The notes beneath the pieces were generated by a model. It was not told the origin of the DNA. It worked only from the letters and a program-made list of their open reading frames with translations, and did not search any database. A stretch of DNA of 64,000 nt from contig CAWHIJ010000003.1 in assembly GCA_963829525.1 (NCBI GenBank), positions 2,327,833 to 2,391,832 on the forward strand, given 5' to 3'. The translations under genes and the position numbers were made by a program. Source of the DNA: an uncultured Actinomycetota bacterium. Its GTDB lineage: Bacteria > Actinomycetota > Actinomycetes > JAHEKZ01. This document shows positions 43,196 through 55,077 of this stretch, one piece after another (position 1 is the first letter of the stretch; every line of letters starts with the position of its first letter).

Positions 43196-43273
43196 TCCTG
43201 GCGTAGCCGTAAGGATGGGGCAGAAACAACGACGACGCCGCAGGCCATGAGGCCTACGGCGTCGATCGCGAAG

Positions 43274-43480
43274 CTACTTCTTGCCGTACCGCTTCTCGAA
43301 GCGGGCGACTCGCCCTCCGGTGTCAAGGATGCGCTGCTTGCCGGTGTAGAAGGGGTGGCACTGCGAGCACGTCTCGGCATGGATCGAGCCGTTCTCGGCG
43401 GTGCTACGGGTCACGAACGTCGAGCCGCAGGTGCAGGTGACCTCGGTCGGCACGTAGGTGGGGTGGATATCGGGCTTCAT
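43274..43480 (-). CDS. rpmE: 50S ribosomal protein L31 (zinc-ribbon form)
   Basis: 68 aa, CxC...CxxCH motif (TCTCGS...[12 protein letters not shown]). Confidence 0.9.
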   Translation of the reverse strand: MKPDIHPTYVPTEVTCTCGSTFVTRSTAENGSIHAETCSQCHPFYTGKQRILDTGGRVARFEKRYGKK

Positions 43481-43603
43481 CGCTTCTCCTCGTTCAGGGC
43501 GCCGGGTCGATCAGGCCAGGTGGCCACGTCGTGAACCGGATCCGCAAGAGATTGTGCCACTCAATGTGGCGCCGGCCCAAACGCAGACTCGGCCAGCAGC
43601 ATT

Positions 43604-43621
43604 CCCGCCTCCTTCGGCGGG
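43604..43621 (-). terminator. putative hairpin (CCCGCC-gaagga-GGCGGG) 20 nt downstream of the rho stop
   Basis: perfect 6-bp GC stem read directly; no U-tract. Confidence 0.3.
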
Positions 43622-43640
43622 GATGGTCAAGAACAAGCCG

Positions 43641-45356
43641 TTAGTCGGCGTCCCCGCTCAGCATCGCACCGGGCGTGGTCTTCTGAACCTGAAGGAGGAA
43701 CTCGGTATTGCTGGTGGTCTCCTTCAGCTTCGAGAGCAACAGTTCAAGGGACTGCTGTGACTCGAGCGCATGCAGGACGCGTCGGAGACTCCAGACGACC
43801 TTGAGCTCGTCGGCAGCCAACAGCAGCTCTTCCTTGCGAGTTCCCGACGCATCGACGTCCACTGCCGGGAAGACCCGCTTGTCCGCGAGCCTGCGGTCGA
43901 GCTTGAGCTCCATGTTTCCGGTGCCTTTGAACTCCTCGAAGATGACCTCGTCCATCTTGGACCCGGTCTCGACCAGGGCCGTGGCGAGGATCGTCAGCGA
44001 TCCACCGTTCTCGATGTTGCGAGCAGCACCGAAGAAGCGCTTGGGCGGGTAGAGGGCCGACGAGTCGACTCCACCAGACAGGATTCGCCCTGATGCCGGT
44101 GCGGACAAGTTGTAGGCACGTCCGAGCCGGGTCATCGAGTCCAGCAGCACAACCACGTCGTGACCGAGCTCGACAAGACGCTTGGCACGCTCAATCGCCA
44201 ATTCGGCAACCGTGGTGTGGTCGTCGGCCGGGCGGTCGAAGGTCGAGGCAATGACCTCGCCCTTGACGGTGCGCTGCATATCAGTGACCTCTTCAGGCCG
44301 CTCATCCACCAGCACCACCATCAGGTGCACCTCTGGGTTGTTGGTGGTGATCGCATTGGCGATCGCCTGCAGGACCATCGTCTTTCCCGCCTTGGGCGGG
44401 GAGACGATCAGCCCGCGCTGCCCTTTGCCGATCGGCGCCACAAGGTCGATGACGCGGGTTGTCAACAGACCCGGCTCAGTCTCCAAGCGAAGTCGGTCCT
44501 GAGGGTAGAGCGGAGTCAGCTTGTTGAAGTCCGGTCGCTCCTTGGCCTTGTCTGCTTCGCCACCATTGATGGTGTCGAGTCGGACCAGGGCGTTGAACTT
44601 CTCACGACGCTCGCCGTCCTTTGGCTGGCGTACCGCGCCGGTGACAGCGTCACCGCGACGGAGCCCGTAGCGACGCACCTGGGAGAGTGAGATGTACACG
44701 TCGTTGGAACCGGGCAGGTAGCCCGACGTCCGAACAAAGGCGTAGCTGTCGAGGACGTCGACGATGCCGGCAACCGGAACGAGGACGTCGTCAGGACTGA
44801 CCTGCGGCTCCCCCTCTGCGAAACGGTCCCGAGTGCCGCGCTCGCGGTAGCGGTCACGGTCACGACCACGCCGCCGACGTCTACTGCTGCGGCTGCCCTC
44901 GTAGTTGTCGCGGTCGCCCCTGTCAGTGCGGTCCTTGGACTGCTCCGGCTGGTTTGTCTTCGCGGGACGTTCACGTGTGGACTCGTCCCGGCCGGGTTGG
45001 GTCTTGGCTTTCGTCGCTGGAGGACGGGTGGCGTCCCCGTTCTTCGAAGAACCGTCCGTCTCGTCCGCTGCCGCCGGCCGTGCGACTGTCTTCGGCTTGC
45101 GGGCTGGTGCCCGGCTGCCCTTGTCGGCTTCGGTGGAGGCGCTACGGGCTGGAGCAGACTGCCCCTGCTTTTCACGAATCGCCTCGATCAGCTCACCCTT
45201 ACGCATGCGGGTGGTGCCGGTGATGCCCAAGCCAGACGCGACGGTCTGCAGCTCGGCAAGGACCATGCCGGACAGCGCGGGACTCTTGCGACGAGTGGTC
45301 GCGCCGTCTGTGGCTGGCATGGTGTCGGTGGTGTCGCTCACGCGATGTCCTTCCAA
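43641..45356 (-). CDS. rho: transcription termination factor Rho with Arg/Asp/Ser-rich N-terminal insertion
   Basis: RecA-type ATPase with P-loop (PKAGKT) and Q/R loops; long low-complexity N-terminal insertion typical of actinobacterial Rho; 571 aa. Confidence 0.9.
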   Translation of the reverse strand: MEGHRVSDTTDTMPATDGATTRRKSPALSGMVLAELQTVASGLGITGTTRMRKGELIEAIREKQGQSAPARSASTEADKGSRAPARKPKTVARPAAADETDGSSKNGDATRPPATKAKTQPGRDESTRERPAKTNQPEQSKDRTDRGDRDNYEGSRSSRRRRRGRDRDRYRERGTRDRFAEGEPQVSPDDVLVPVAGIVDVLDSYAFVRTSGYLPGSNDVYISLSQVRRYGLRRGDAVTGAVRQPKDGERREKFNALVRLDTINGGEADKAKERPDFNKLTPLYPQDRLRLETEPGLLTTRVIDLVAPIGKGQRGLIVSPPKAGKTMVLQAIANAITTNNPEVHLMVVLVDERPEEVTDMQRTVKGEVIASTFDRPADDHTTVAELAIERAKRLVELGHDVVVLLDSMTRLGRAYNLSAPASGRILSGGVDSSALYPPKRFFGAARNIENGGSLTILATALVETGSKMDEVIFEEFKGTGNMELKLDRRLADKRVFPAVDVDASGTRKEELLLAADELKVVWSLRRVLHALESQQSLELLLSKLKETTSNTEFLLQVQKTTPGAMLSGDAD

Positions 45357-45701
45357 ATGTTCCGGTGCGTCGGAAGTGACGCCGGAGGGGATCCTGGCGC
45401 GTCGTTCGGCGTCAGGAGGTGGAGCGTCGCCGGAGTCAGAGAGGCCGGCGGAGACCGGTACCGGAGTGAAGGAATCCCAGTTGCTGAGCGATCAGATGGG
45501 AACTTGAGTGAACCAACTTCTGAACGCAACAGCTTCCATCAAAAAGCATCAGGATCTGAGATGAGGAAGACACTCGGGATACCCGGTGTGTTGCCACCGT
45601 AACACCTCGCGTGACCCCGATGTTCCCGGGGGGTCTAGATCTCTATCGGCGTGTCGCCGCGCCACCTGAACCCCACAACCCCCGGTGATGCCGGTGACGG
45701 G

Positions 45702-46601
45702 TCAAAGAGGCAGGATTTCGACGCCCTGACGGTCGGCCTCGAGCTCGACGATCTGCCACCCTCGACGAGTCTGCGCGATGAGGTCGGGTGCTGTGGTCCG
45801 GTTGGTGAGCGCCAGGACCGTTGGTCCCGCACCAGACACGACGGCGGGTACCCCCGCGGCCCTTAGCTCGTCGACGAGCGCAAGCGTGCGCGGCATGACG
45901 GTGCGGCGGTACTCCTGGTGCAGGAAGTCTTCTGTGGCCACCATGAGCAGGTCGGGGCGATCGGTGATCGCACGCCCCAGAAGAGCCGCGCGGGCACTGT
46001 TGAGAGCGGCATCCCCATGCGGCACAACGTCCGGAAGTGCTTTGCGCGCCTTGGTGGTCCGCAGTTCGGTAGCAGGGATGAAAGCAACGGGAAGCAGCTC
46101 GGGGTCCGGGTTCGACCTGAGCACACCCACCTCTCCCCCGTCAGTCCAAGCCACGGTGAATCCCCCGTGGACCGTGGCTGCGACGTTGTCAGGATGACCC
46201 TCCATCTCAGTGGCCACCGCCAGTAGCCGCTCGTCGTCGAACCGGTCATCGCCTCCCACTGTCAGAGCGCGCGCGGCAGCCAGTCCGCCGACGATGGCAG
46301 CCGATGACGACCCCAGTCCGCGCCCGTGGGGGATGCGGTTCAGGCAGCGCACCTCAAGGCCACGTGGGCGACCTCCCATCCGGTCGAAAGCGGTGTTCAT
46401 CGCCTTGATCACCAGGTTGCGTGAGTCCTTGCGGACCTTGTCGGCACCCTCACCAGCAACGTCCAGGTCAAGCCCGTCCTCGCCGACCCGCACAACAATT
46501 TCGTCGTGAAGGGATAGCGCCAGGCCGAAGGAGTCGTACCCAGGCCCGAGGTTGGCGCTTGTGGCCGGGACCCGCACCCGCAATGTCGCGGCCCGGAACA
46601 T
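45702..46601 (-). CDS. thrB: homoserine kinase (GHMP family)
   Basis: GHMP motif IPHGRGLGSSSAA; start at ATG 46601 or GTG 46613 (the latter shares 1 nt with the thrC stop). Confidence 0.85.
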   Translation of the reverse strand: MFRAATLRVRVPATSANLGPGYDSFGLALSLHDEIVVRVGEDGLDLDVAGEGADKVRKDSRNLVIKAMNTAFDRMGGRPRGLEVRCLNRIPHGRGLGSSSAAIVGGLAAARALTVGGDDRFDDERLLAVATEMEGHPDNVAATVHGGFTVAWTDGGEVGVLRSNPDPELLPVAFIPATELRTTKARKALPDVVPHGDAALNSARAALLGRAITDRPDLLMVATEDFLHQEYRRTVMPRTLALVDELRAAGVPAVVSGAGPTVLALTNRTTAPDLIAQTRRGWQIVELEADRQGVEILPL

Positions 46602-46612
46602 CGGGGCCGCCA

Positions 46613-47695
46613 CTAGTCGGTCAGCCCCAGCAGGGAAGCAGCAGCGCGCGCGTCGTTTTCGACTGTCACCGGCTGCGGAGCGCCAGCGATCGCCCAGTCG
46701 GGATCCTTCAGACCGTGACCGGTGACGGTACACACCACCCTCTGCCCTGCATCGAGCAAACCAGCGTCCGACTTCTTGAGCAGGCCAGCCACGCCTGACG
46801 CCGACGCCGGTTCGACAAAGACGCCCTCCTGCGAAGAGAGCAGTCGATATGCGGAGAGGATCTCGCGATCGGTCACGGCGTCAATCAGGCCAGCGGACTC
46901 GTCGCGTGCCTCGAGGGCGTACTGCCACGAAGCAGGGTTGCCGATCCTGATCGCTGTGGCGACCGTCGACGGCTTCGGCACCACCTCGCCACGGACGATC
47001 GGTGCAGCCCCTGCCGCCTGAAAGCCCCACATGCGTGGGCGGTGGGAGGCCATCGCATCGTCGGCGTACTCGCGGTAGCCCCTCCAGTAGGCGGTGATGT
47101 TGCCCGCGTTCCCAACCGGGAGCGCGTGGATGTCTGGCGCATCCCCCAACTGATCGACAATCTCAAATGCGGCCGTCTTCTGTCCTTCGATCCGCGCCGG
47201 GTTCACGCTGTTGACCAGGGCAACCGGATACTGCTCGGAAAGCTCGCGTGCCAACGTCAGGCAGTCGTCGAAGTTGCCATCGACCTGAATCAGGCGGGCG
47301 CCGTGGGCCAGGGCCTGGCTCAGCTTGCCGAGCGCGATCTTGCCCTGGGGGACGAGCACAGCGCAAACCATCCCGGCGCGGACGGCGTAGGCAGCAGCAC
47401 TGGCACTGGTGTTGCCCGTCGATGCACAGATTACGGCGCGGGCGCCTTCTTCGGCCGCCTTCGAGATCGCCATCGTCATACCGCGGTCCTTGAAGGAGCC
47501 GGTGGGGTTGGCGCCTTCGACCTTCAGCCACACCTCGCAGCCGGTCCGCTCGGAGACAACGTGGGCGCGCACCAACGGCGTGCCACCCTCTCTCAGCGAG
47601 ACCACCGGTGTCGCGTCACTGACGGGCAGTCGCTCGCGGTACTCGTCGATGATTCCGCGCCACTGCTGGGTCCTTTGTGTCAACACAGTGCTCAC
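46613..47695 (-). CDS. thrC: threonine synthase
   Basis: PLP-lysine motif ([13 protein letters not shown]), 360 aa. Confidence 0.9.
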   Translation of the reverse strand: MSTVLTQRTQQWRGIIDEYRERLPVSDATPVVSLREGGTPLVRAHVVSERTGCEVWLKVEGANPTGSFKDRGMTMAISKAAEEGARAVICASTGNTSASAAAYAVRAGMVCAVLVPQGKIALGKLSQALAHGARLIQVDGNFDDCLTLARELSEQYPVALVNSVNPARIEGQKTAAFEIVDQLGDAPDIHALPVGNAGNITAYWRGYREYADDAMASHRPRMWGFQAAGAAPIVRGEVVPKPSTVATAIRIGNPASWQYALEARDESAGLIDAVTDREILSAYRLLSSQEGVFVEPASASGVAGLLKKSDAGLLDAGQRVVCTVTGHGLKDPDWAIAGAPQPVTVENDARAAASLLGLTD

Positions 47696-48990
47696 TCTCC
47701 CACCACCCGCATGATCGACGTGATCCGCCGGACCGAGTCAAGACCCTGGAGGCTCTTGCACGTCTCCGCCAGCTGCTTCTCCTGAGCCTCATGCGTGACG
47801 ATCTCCAGGCTGGCGTCTTCCCCGTGCCCCTCTTGTCGCAGCGTCTCGATGCTCACGTCGTGCTCGGCGAACACCGCGGCCACGGAGGCCAGGACGCCTG
47901 CCTTGTCGGTGAGGTCGAGTGCGATGTAGTAGCGCGTCAACGACTCGTCCACCGACAGGACCGGGAGAGCTGCGTACGTCGACTCGCGCGGGCCGTGTCC
48001 ACCGCTGATGCGGTTGCGGGCAACCGCGACGATATCTCCGACCACCGCGCTTGCAGTAGGTGCTCCACCGGCACCGGGACCGTAGAACATCAGCTGACCG
48101 GCGGCGTCCGACTCGACGAAGACCGCGTTGTAGGCATCACGGACCGCAGCAAGAGGGTGATGGCGCGGGACCATCGCTGGGTGTACCCGAACGTTGATGC
48201 CGCGGCCGTCAACAGATCGCTCGGCAACCGCAAGCAGCTTGACGACGTGCCCGGAGTCCCTCGCCGCCGAGACGACATCGGCCGTGACGGCCGAGATGCC
48301 CTCGCAGTAGACGTCGGCCAGCGTGACCCGCGAGTGGAAGGCCAGGCTGGCGATGATGGCAGCTTTGGCAGCCGCGTCATGCCCCTCGACATCGGCAGAG
48401 GGGTCCGGCTTCTCCGCATATCCGAGCTCTTGCGCCTCTGCCAGCGCGTCGTCGAAGGAGGCGCCGCTTTCGTCCATCTGCGTGAGGATGAAGTTGGTCG
48501 TTCCGTTCACGATTCCCAGGACCCGTTGCACACGGTCACCGGCCAACGACTCGCGCAGTGGTCGCAGCAGCGGGATGGCGCCCGCAACGCTCGCCTCGAA
48601 GTAGAGGTCGAGGCCAGCAGCGTCGCAGGCCTCGTGAAGCTCGGCACCATGCTGGGCCAGCAGTGCCTTGTTGCCTGTGACGACGCTCGCACCTGAGGCG
48701 AAGGCGTCCAGGATGAGCTGCCGGGCGGGGTTGATCCCACCCATGAGCTCCACAACGATGTCGGCGCCGCGGCCGGTGACAAGTTCCTGGAGGTCGTCGG
48801 TGACCAAAGCAGGGTCGATCCAGGGGCCGCGGTCGACCCCGGTACGTCGAACGCCGACGCCGACCAGTTCGAGGGGAGCGCCAATGCGGGCCGTGAGGTC
48901 GGGAGCCTGCTCCACGAGCAGGCGCGCGACCTCCGAGCCGACGATACCGGCGCCGAGCAGCGCAATCTTGAGCGGCTCAGCGCTCATCAA
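47692..48990 (-). CDS. hom: homoserine dehydrogenase with C-terminal ACT domain
   Basis: N-terminal NAD(P) fold [15 protein letters not shown], 432 aa, 4-nt overlap with thrC. Confidence 0.9.
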   Translation of the reverse strand: MMSAEPLKIALLGAGIVGSEVARLLVEQAPDLTARIGAPLELVGVGVRRTGVDRGPWIDPALVTDDLQELVTGRGADIVVELMGGINPARQLILDAFASGASVVTGNKALLAQHGAELHEACDAAGLDLYFEASVAGAIPLLRPLRESLAGDRVQRVLGIVNGTTNFILTQMDESGASFDDALAEAQELGYAEKPDPSADVEGHDAAAKAAIIASLAFHSRVTLADVYCEGISAVTADVVSAARDSGHVVKLLAVAERSVDGRGINVRVHPAMVPRHHPLAAVRDAYNAVFVESDAAGQLMFYGPGAGGAPTASAVVGDIVAVARNRISGGHGPRESTYAALPVLSVDESLTRYYIALDLTDKAGVLASVAAVFAEHDVSIETLRQEGHGEDASLEIVTHEAQEKQLAETCKSLQGLDSVRRITSIMRVVGE

Positions 48991-49038
48991 TCCTCCCGTC
49001 GGTCGACTCCGGTTGTGACCCAGAGCGTTCCCGAGCAG

Positions 49039-49422
49039 CTATGCATCGCCCTCGGGAGCTTGCAGGTCAAGCCTCCCATGAGCGACGACACAGAACTCAT
49101 GCCCCTCTGGGTCAGCCATCGTCTGCCACTCCACCCCATGGGCCGCCACCGGAGCACCGAGCCGTCTGGCTCCCAGGGACTCCAGCAGTCGGACGTGGTT
49201 GGCCGCATCGGCTGGATGGACGTCGAGGTGCATGCGGTTCTTCCCGCTGCGCTCCTCGGGTACCGGCTGCAAGATCAGGATCGGACCCTCCGGTTCACCC
49301 TCGGCTGGAGCCAAAATGCGGTAACCGTCAGCCCGGTCGACCAGCCGGTAGCCGAGCGCCGCTTCCCAGAAGGGCACCAGGACATCGGGTTCCAGACAGT
49401 CCAGCACGACCGACACTCGCAT
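49039..49422 (-). CDS. VOC (glyoxalase/bleomycin-resistance) family protein
   Basis: 127 aa, paired beta-alpha-beta-beta-beta modules, weak family assignment. Confidence 0.5.
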   Translation of the reverse strand: MRVSVVLDCLEPDVLVPFWEAALGYRLVDRADGYRILAPAEGEPEGPILILQPVPEERSGKNRMHLDVHPADAANHVRLLESLGARRLGAPVAAHGVEWQTMADPEGHEFCVVAHGRLDLQAPEGDA

Positions 49423-49447
49423 GGGACCACCCTAGGCGCGTCTGAAC

Positions 49448-50849
49448 TCACGCGCCCGTGTCGAGAGCCAGAAGGTCGTCGACGGTTTCGCGGCGAATGA
49501 GCACCCGTGGTTCGCACGATGCCGACACCGCGACTACCGGAGGGCGACCAAGAAGGTTGTAGGTGGACGCCATGCTTCGGCAGTAAGCGCCGGTAGCAGC
49601 CACCGCGAGCAGATCGTCGGCCCGCACATCGTCGGGTAGCCAGGCGTCGCGCACCACGATGTCGCCGCTCTCACAGTGCTTGCCGACGACCCTGGCCAAC
49701 ATCGGTGCGGCGTCGGAGTGCCGATCGGCCACAACCACCGTGTAGTCGGCGTCGTAGAGCGCCGTGCGCGGGTTGTCGCTCATCCCGCCGTCGACGCTGA
49801 CGTAAGTCCGTGACGCCCCGGCGTCCAGCGCCACTTGCTTAACGGTGCCGACTTCGTAGACCGTCACCATGCTGGGACCGACAAGTGCGCGGCCAGGCTC
49901 AACGGCAAGCCGTGGCACCGAAAGCTCGAGAGGCCCGGCACTCACGCTCGACGATCGCGTGCAAGCTGATCGCGACGTCCTTGGTTTCGGCGGGGTCATC
50001 TGAAGGGACATAGGCGATGCCGAGGCCGCCTCCGAGGTTGAGCTCGGGAAGCTCGATGCCGTGACGCGCTCGCACGTCGGCCAGCAGTTCGACGGCTCGG
50101 TGGGCTGCCACCTCGAAGCCCGATGTATCGAAGATCTGTGAGCCAATGTGGGAGTGCACGCCGACCAGGTCAAGCGATGGTTGCAAGAGCACGAGCTCGA
50201 TAGCCCGAGCCGCGGAACCAGACGCGAGCTGAGAAACCGAACTTCTGGTCTTCGTGGGCCGTGGCAATGAACTCGTGAGTGTGCGCCTCGACGCCCACCG
50301 TCACTCGCACCAGTACTCGTTGCCGAACGCCGGCCTCCTCTGCACACCGTGCCAGTCGGCGGATCTCCTCTGTCGAGTCGATGACGACCCGCCCAACACC
50401 CAGCCCAACGGCGCGGGTCAGCTCTTCGACGGACTTGTTGTTCCCATGGAAGAGCACCCGCTCCATCGGGAAGTCGGCGCGCTCGGCGACTGCCAGCTCT
50501 CCCCCGGTCGCGACATCGAGACCCAGCCCCTCCTCCGCCACCCACCTGAGGAGCTCGACGCTGGTGAACGCTTTGCTCGCGTAGTAGACGTCCGTGCCCG
50601 TGAACGCATCGGCGTAGGCACGGGCCCGCCCACGGAAGTCTTCCTCATCGAGCAGAAAGACCGGAGTACCGAAGGACCTCGTGAGGTCGGAAACCAGGTG
50701 GCCGTGCAACTCGAGCTCGCCTGAGTCATCCCGCCGTGCACCGGCTGGCCAACGTGGCCACTGAGCGCGTTGAGGTTGGCCGGTGGTGCCGCGTGCACGG
50801 TGTCGCTGACGAGATCGCCGTGCCGAGGGCCGGCGGGATGGGCGCGCAT
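49448..50849 (-). pseudogene. lysA: diaminopimelate decarboxylase, split over four frames by three 1-nt frameshifts (near 50720, 50225 and 49915)
   Basis: N-terminus from ATG 50849 with RBS aaggag (MRAHPAG...APPANLNAL), then [12 protein letters not shown]...YYASKAF (frame of ORF 50170-50709), then [22 protein letters not shown]...GGGLGIAY (ORF 49899-50267), then [13 protein letters not shown]...CESGD (ORF 49448-50545); the gene is essential and the rest of the operon is intact, so these are almost certainly sequence errors. Confidence 0.8.
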
Positions 50850-50940
50850 GGGTGAAGCTCCTTGCGGTGAGGGCGATCAGTTCGGGCCGGCGAAGTGACG
50901 AGCCTAGTGCGACGGGACAGCCCGACCGAGGGTCGTCCCC

Positions 50941-51324
50941 CTAGTCGCCAGGCCCATCCAGCAGTCCATTCGCCGCTAGTTTCTCGTAGCCGCGTCGCGT
51001 CAAGGTCTCGAGCTGACCAAAGAGCTTGGCGTCAACTGCGGTGAAGTTGAAGCAGCTCTTTCCCTGCATGCGCTTGAGCAACTCTGGCGAGAGGTCATCG
51101 ACTAGCTCAGGGAAGGTGTACAGCGCCATGAGGTAGTAGCTGACGTACCGCTTACCCAGTTTCGCGGAACCGAAGTAGCCCGGGTAGCCGTCCTTTGGCC
51201 GCCGCCAGTGCGTGTTGAGTCCGTACTCGACGTCAGTGTCAGCGATGACTTCCATTTCCGGTGCATACGGCTCGAGAATGGCCCGCAATCCGGCGAATGT
51301 CGCAGGGAAGTCCTTCTCTGCCAT
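50941..51324 (-). CDS. DUF1801 (YdhG-like) domain protein
   Basis: 127 aa from ATG 51324 (MAEKDFPATFAGLRAIL...). Confidence 0.45.
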   Translation of the reverse strand: MAEKDFPATFAGLRAILEPYAPEMEVIADTDVEYGLNTHWRRPKDGYPGYFGSAKLGKRYVSYYLMALYTFPELVDDLSPELLKRMQGKSCFNFTAVDAKLFGQLETLTRRGYEKLAANGLLDGPGD

Positions 51325-51341
51325 GAGGTCCTCCGTTCGAC

Positions 51342-51629
51342 TCAGCCAGGGTTGAAGATGCTGTGCGAGTCGTGGAAGTGCAAGACGTACCGACACCCAC
51401 GACATATGTAGAGAGTCATCCGGTGGCTGGTCAAACCCCAGCGGCCGTTCTGGCGCGACTCCTGCATCTCGAAGTCGACGCAATCGCAGACCGGGCACTT
51501 CAGCCGGATCTGCCCACTCTCGTCCTTCATTCCCATGCAGTGGAACTTAGCCGCCGAACCCCATGGGCCGCGCCAACAGTCGCGAAACCGCGTTTCACCA
51601 ACGATCTCGAAGTTTGGCGGATTCTGCAC
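51342..51629 (-). CDS. small hypothetical zinc-ribbon protein
   Basis: 95 aa, two Cys pairs (LKCPVCDC ... YICRGCRY); no recognisable family. Confidence 0.35.
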   Translation of the reverse strand: MQNPPNFEIVGETRFRDCWRGPWGSAAKFHCMGMKDESGQIRLKCPVCDCVDFEMQESRQNGRWGLTSHRMTLYICRGCRYVLHFHDSHSIFNPG

Positions 51630-51719
51630 CGAAACGGGCCTGGTTTGACGCCGGATCGGTGCGAAATCCTCCAGAAGAGGGAGGTGCGGTGATTCGCCAA
51701 GGACGTAGGTCGCGGGTGC

Positions 51720-53387
51720 CTACATACGTTCGGGCGCTGTAACGCCGAGGAGTCCGAGCCCGTTCGCCAGCACCTGACGTGTTGCCGCACACAGAACAAG
51801 GCGCGCTCCGTGCGTCGGCGTCGGCTCCTCATCGCCACGGGGCAGGACGCGACAGGAGTCGTAAAACCTGTGATATGCGTTCGCCAGCTCTTCGAGATAG
51901 CGCGCCACCCGGTGCGGCTCGCGCAGCTCTGCGGCACTTGTCACGACCCGGGGGAACTCGCCTAGCGATCCGAGCAGGTCCCCCTCTCGGTCGTGCAAGA
52001 GCAACGACGGGTCAAAGCCACCCACGTCAACTGCTAGCCCGACGTCTGCCGCGTTGCGAAGCAGCGATGAGATGCGCGCGTGCGCGTACTGGACGTAGAA
52101 CACCGGGTTGTCGTTGGTCTGCTTGACCAACAGGTCCAGGTCGAGTGTCAGCGGCGAGTCCACCGGGTACCGGCAGAGCGTGTACCTGGCCGCATCGACG
52201 CCCACTTCGTCGACGAGGTCCTCCAGCGTGACGATGTCACCCTTGCGTTTGGAGAGGCGGACTTCTTGGCCCCCGCGGTACATCTTGACGAGCTGTCCGA
52301 TCAACACTTCGATCGAGTAGTTCGGGTCGTCACCAGCGCAGGCCGCGATGGCGCGCAGCCGGTTCACGTATCCGTGGTGGTCGGCACCGAGGAGGTAGAT
52401 GTTGATGTCGAAGCCGCGCACGCGCTTGTCGAGGTAGTAGGCCGAGTCGGAGGCGAAGTAGGTGGTACCTCCGTCGTTCTTGATTAGGACTCGATCTTTG
52501 TCGTCATCGAAGTCCGTCGTTCGGAGCCACAAGGCGCCGTCCTGTTCGTAGACGTGACCCTGCTCCCTTAGTGTCGCGAGACCTCGCTCTACAGCGCCTG
52601 ACTCGTAGAGCGACCGCTCTGAGTACCAGACATCGAACTCGGTGCGGAACAGGGCGAGCACGTCCTGCTGCTGCTTCAGTTGGAGCACGTATCCCGCCTC
52701 CCGGAACACGACGAGTTGCTCGTCATCCGGCAGATCCAGGTACTCCGGGTGAGCGGCCACGATCGCTGCTGCGAGATCGGTGATGTACCCGCCGTGATAG
52801 CCATCCTCGGGCGCTCGGCGTCCATTCGCTGCCTCGCGGAGTGACTCTCCGAAGCGATCCATCTGGACGCCGCGGTCATTGATATAGAACTCCCGGGCTA
52901 CCTCTGCACCAGCCGCCTCAAGGACCCGAGCGATGGCATCTCCCACCGCCGCCCAACGGGTATGCCCGAGGTGTAGCGGGCCGTTCGGGTTTGCGCTGAT
53001 GAACTCGACGTTGACCCGAACTCCCGACATCGTTGTCACCAGGCCGTACTGCGCGCCTTGGCCCACGATGGTGCGCGCGAGCTCGCCCTGGGCAGCGGCG
53101 TCAAGGGTGATGTTGAGGAAGCCTGGGCCGGCGATATCCACGCTGGCGATGCCCGGCAAAGCCGTGATCCGCTCAGCCAGCACCGTCGCAACCTCGCGCG
53201 GTGGCCGACCTGCAGCCTTCGCCAACTGGAGGGCGACGTTCGTGGCGTAGTCCCCGTGCTCGGCCGAGCGGGGCCGTTCGATGGTGACACTCGTCAGTCG
53301 TCGTTCTGCTGGGACAGCCAGCTCTCCAGAAGCCAGGGCTGCGTCCAGAACCGACAGGAGAGCAGACGAGAGTTCGGCGGGAGTCAC
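51720..53387 (-). CDS. argS: arginine--tRNA ligase
   Basis: class I HIGH motif ([10 protein letters not shown]), KMSK-type region, 555 aa. Confidence 0.95.
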   Translation of the reverse strand: MTPAELSSALLSVLDAALASGELAVPAERRLTSVTIERPRSAEHGDYATNVALQLAKAAGRPPREVATVLAERITALPGIASVDIAGPGFLNITLDAAAQGELARTIVGQGAQYGLVTTMSGVRVNVEFISANPNGPLHLGHTRWAAVGDAIARVLEAAGAEVAREFYINDRGVQMDRFGESLREAANGRRAPEDGYHGGYITDLAAAIVAAHPEYLDLPDDEQLVVFREAGYVLQLKQQQDVLALFRTEFDVWYSERSLYESGAVERGLATLREQGHVYEQDGALWLRTTDFDDDKDRVLIKNDGGTTYFASDSAYYLDKRVRGFDINIYLLGADHHGYVNRLRAIAACAGDDPNYSIEVLIGQLVKMYRGGQEVRLSKRKGDIVTLEDLVDEVGVDAARYTLCRYPVDSPLTLDLDLLVKQTNDNPVFYVQYAHARISSLLRNAADVGLAVDVGGFDPSLLLHDREGDLLGSLGEFPRVVTSAAELREPHRVARYLEELANAYHRFYDSCRVLPRGDEEPTPTHGARLVLCAATRQVLANGLGLLGVTAPERM

Positions 53388-53429
53388 TGCTCCAGGGTAG
53401 TGATACAGCCAAACGTTAGGAGGAGGACC

Positions 53430-53786
53430 TCAGCCGGCGGCGACGATCGCTGCGGCAGAGGCCAGGGACAGCACCACCAGCACGCCGGCGGGCAAGACGG
53501 CAGCGAGCGGTAGTCGGCGCGTCAGTTGACGAAACGCGAAAGCCGCATAGGACAGCGCGAGAACGACAGCAGCGACGGCAGCAACTGCGTGGGCGGCGAA
53601 GATCCCCACGACCAGGAACGCAGCCGCCACCAGCTCGAGCCAGCCGGAGGCAGTCCAGACACCGGCAGAGATCCCCGCCCGGTCGCGAACTTGGAGCGAC
53701 GCGGGCAGCCGCTGCACCTTTGCCATGCCGACAATGACGGCAAGGAGAGTGAGCAGGAGGGAGAGACCGACCGCCAGCAGTTCCAC
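53430..53786 (-). CDS. DoxX-like small membrane protein
   Basis: 118 aa, three to four TM helices. Confidence 0.4.
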   Translation of the reverse strand: MELLAVGLSLLLTLLAVIVGMAKVQRLPASLQVRDRAGISAGVWTASGWLELVAAAFLVVGIFAAHAVAAVAAVVLALSYAAFAFRQLTRRLPLAAVLPAGVLVVLSLASAAAIVAAG

Positions 53787-53804
53787 GCCCGGGATCCTCT
53801 CAGA

Positions 53805-54191
53805 TCACCTTCTGGTGATCAGTCGCCGCACCTCGGCGAGGAGCTGGTCCGGGTCGAACGGCTTGGTCAGGTACCCGTCCGCGCCGGCGCCCTGTGCGAG
53901 TTCGAAGTCGCGACGCTGCGCCGAAGCACTCACGATGAGGATCGGGATCGACGCCATCGAGGGCGTTGCCTTGAGCTTGGCGGTGAGTTCGACGCCATCG
54001 AGCCCAGGCATCACGACGTCCAGGCAGAGCAGCTGCGGGGCAAGCGCGCGCCCCTCGGAGACCTCAGCCAGCAGCCGGAGACATTCCTGACCATCCTCAG
54101 CTGTCTGGACGTCATACCCCTCGAGTCCGAGGTTAAGCGCGATCAACTCACGGATCGTCGAAGAGTCGTCGACGACCATCACGCGTCCCAT
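53805..54191 (-). CDS. single-domain response regulator (CheY-like receiver only)
   Basis: start at ATG 54191 (MGRVMVVDDSSTIRE), phospho-acceptor Asp in LCLDVVMPGLDG, conserved Lys in YLTKPF; no output domain. Confidence 0.7.
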   Translation of the reverse strand: MGRVMVVDDSSTIRELIALNLGLEGYDVQTAEDGQECLRLLAEVSEGRALAPQLLCLDVVMPGLDGVELTAKLKATPSMASIPILIVSASAQRRDFELAQGAGADGYLTKPFDPDQLLAEVRRLITRR

Positions 54192-54237
54192 GCTCTGCTC
54201 CGCCACACCACTCCTTCGGCCGAACGGGGGTCGATCT

Positions 54238-55077
54238 TCAGGCCACCGATGCGAGAACGGCTACTGATACCGCCGCAAGGGCCAGCCCCCACCGCTGCAG
54301 GGCCTGCAGGTGCTCCTTGAGGACGATCCTCGCCATCAGCACGGTGGCCGCTGGATACAGGGCGGTGATCACGGCGACCACCGTCAGCAGACCCTCGCGG
54401 GTCGCGAGCATGAACATGGCCGTGGCTGCCACGTCCAACAGCGTCGACACCCCAGCTAGGACCAGGACGTCGCGTGGTGGTCTGGCCAGCACCCGAGAGC
54501 CGATGGCCGCGCCGAGGAGCAGGACCGAGGTGACGATGCGGACGACGACCAGGGGCCACAACCCGCTGTCGTCCGGAGCCCGTTCCAGCGCCACCAAGAA
54601 GATCGAGATGAAGACGCCTGCACCGAAGGAGAGCAACAACACTTGCGCCGAGACCGGATGCGGTGCGTCATCATGCACCTGACTCACCATGAGGACGGCC
54701 AGCATCCCCATCGCGATGCCGATCCAGCCCAGGGGTGGCAGTCGCTCTCCGAAGGCCACACCGGCCAGCACTGGGAGCACCACAGCGACCAACGCCGAGA
54801 TCGGCGACGCGACACTCATCGGTCCGATGGCCAGCGCGCGAAAGAGCATCACGTACGCGAAGGCCCCGCCCAATCCCGACACTGCGCCCCAGAACCAGAC
54901 CTCCGAGGTCACCGTCCCACCAACCAGCGGAGCCACCACAAGCAGAACGACGAGCCCGAGGGGCTGGGTCAGCGATCCCAGTAGAAAGATGTGGGCGCGC
55001 CGTGCCGCGAGCCCACCGAGGAAGTCCGTCAGGCCATAGGCGACCGACGACCCCAGAGCCAACAGGATCGCTGTCAC
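54238..55077 (-). CDS. EamA/DMT-superfamily transporter
   Basis: 279 aa, ten TM, duplicated EamA halves. Confidence 0.7.
   Translation of the reverse strand: MTAILLALGSSVAYGLTDFLGGLAARRAHIFLLGSLTQPLGLVVLLVVAPLVGGTVTSEVWFWGAVSGLGGAFAYVMLFRALAIGPMSVASPISALVAVVLPVLAGVAFGERLPPLGWIGIAMGMLAVLMVSQVHDDAPHPVSAQVLLLSFGAGVFISIFLVALERAPDDSGLWPLVVVRIVTSVLLLGAAIGSRVLARPPRDVLVLAGVSTLLDVAATAMFMLATREGLLTVVAVITALYPAATVLMARIVLKEHLQALQRWGLALAAVSVAVLASVA

Noticed and set aside
50710-50940. 231-nt 'intergenic' region upstream of lysA considered for a riboswitch or leader
   Set aside because: It actually encodes the true LysA N-terminus (ATG 50849 with RBS aaggag; ...[17 protein letters not shown]...) in a different frame from the rest of the gene. 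Only about 90 nt of real spacer remain.
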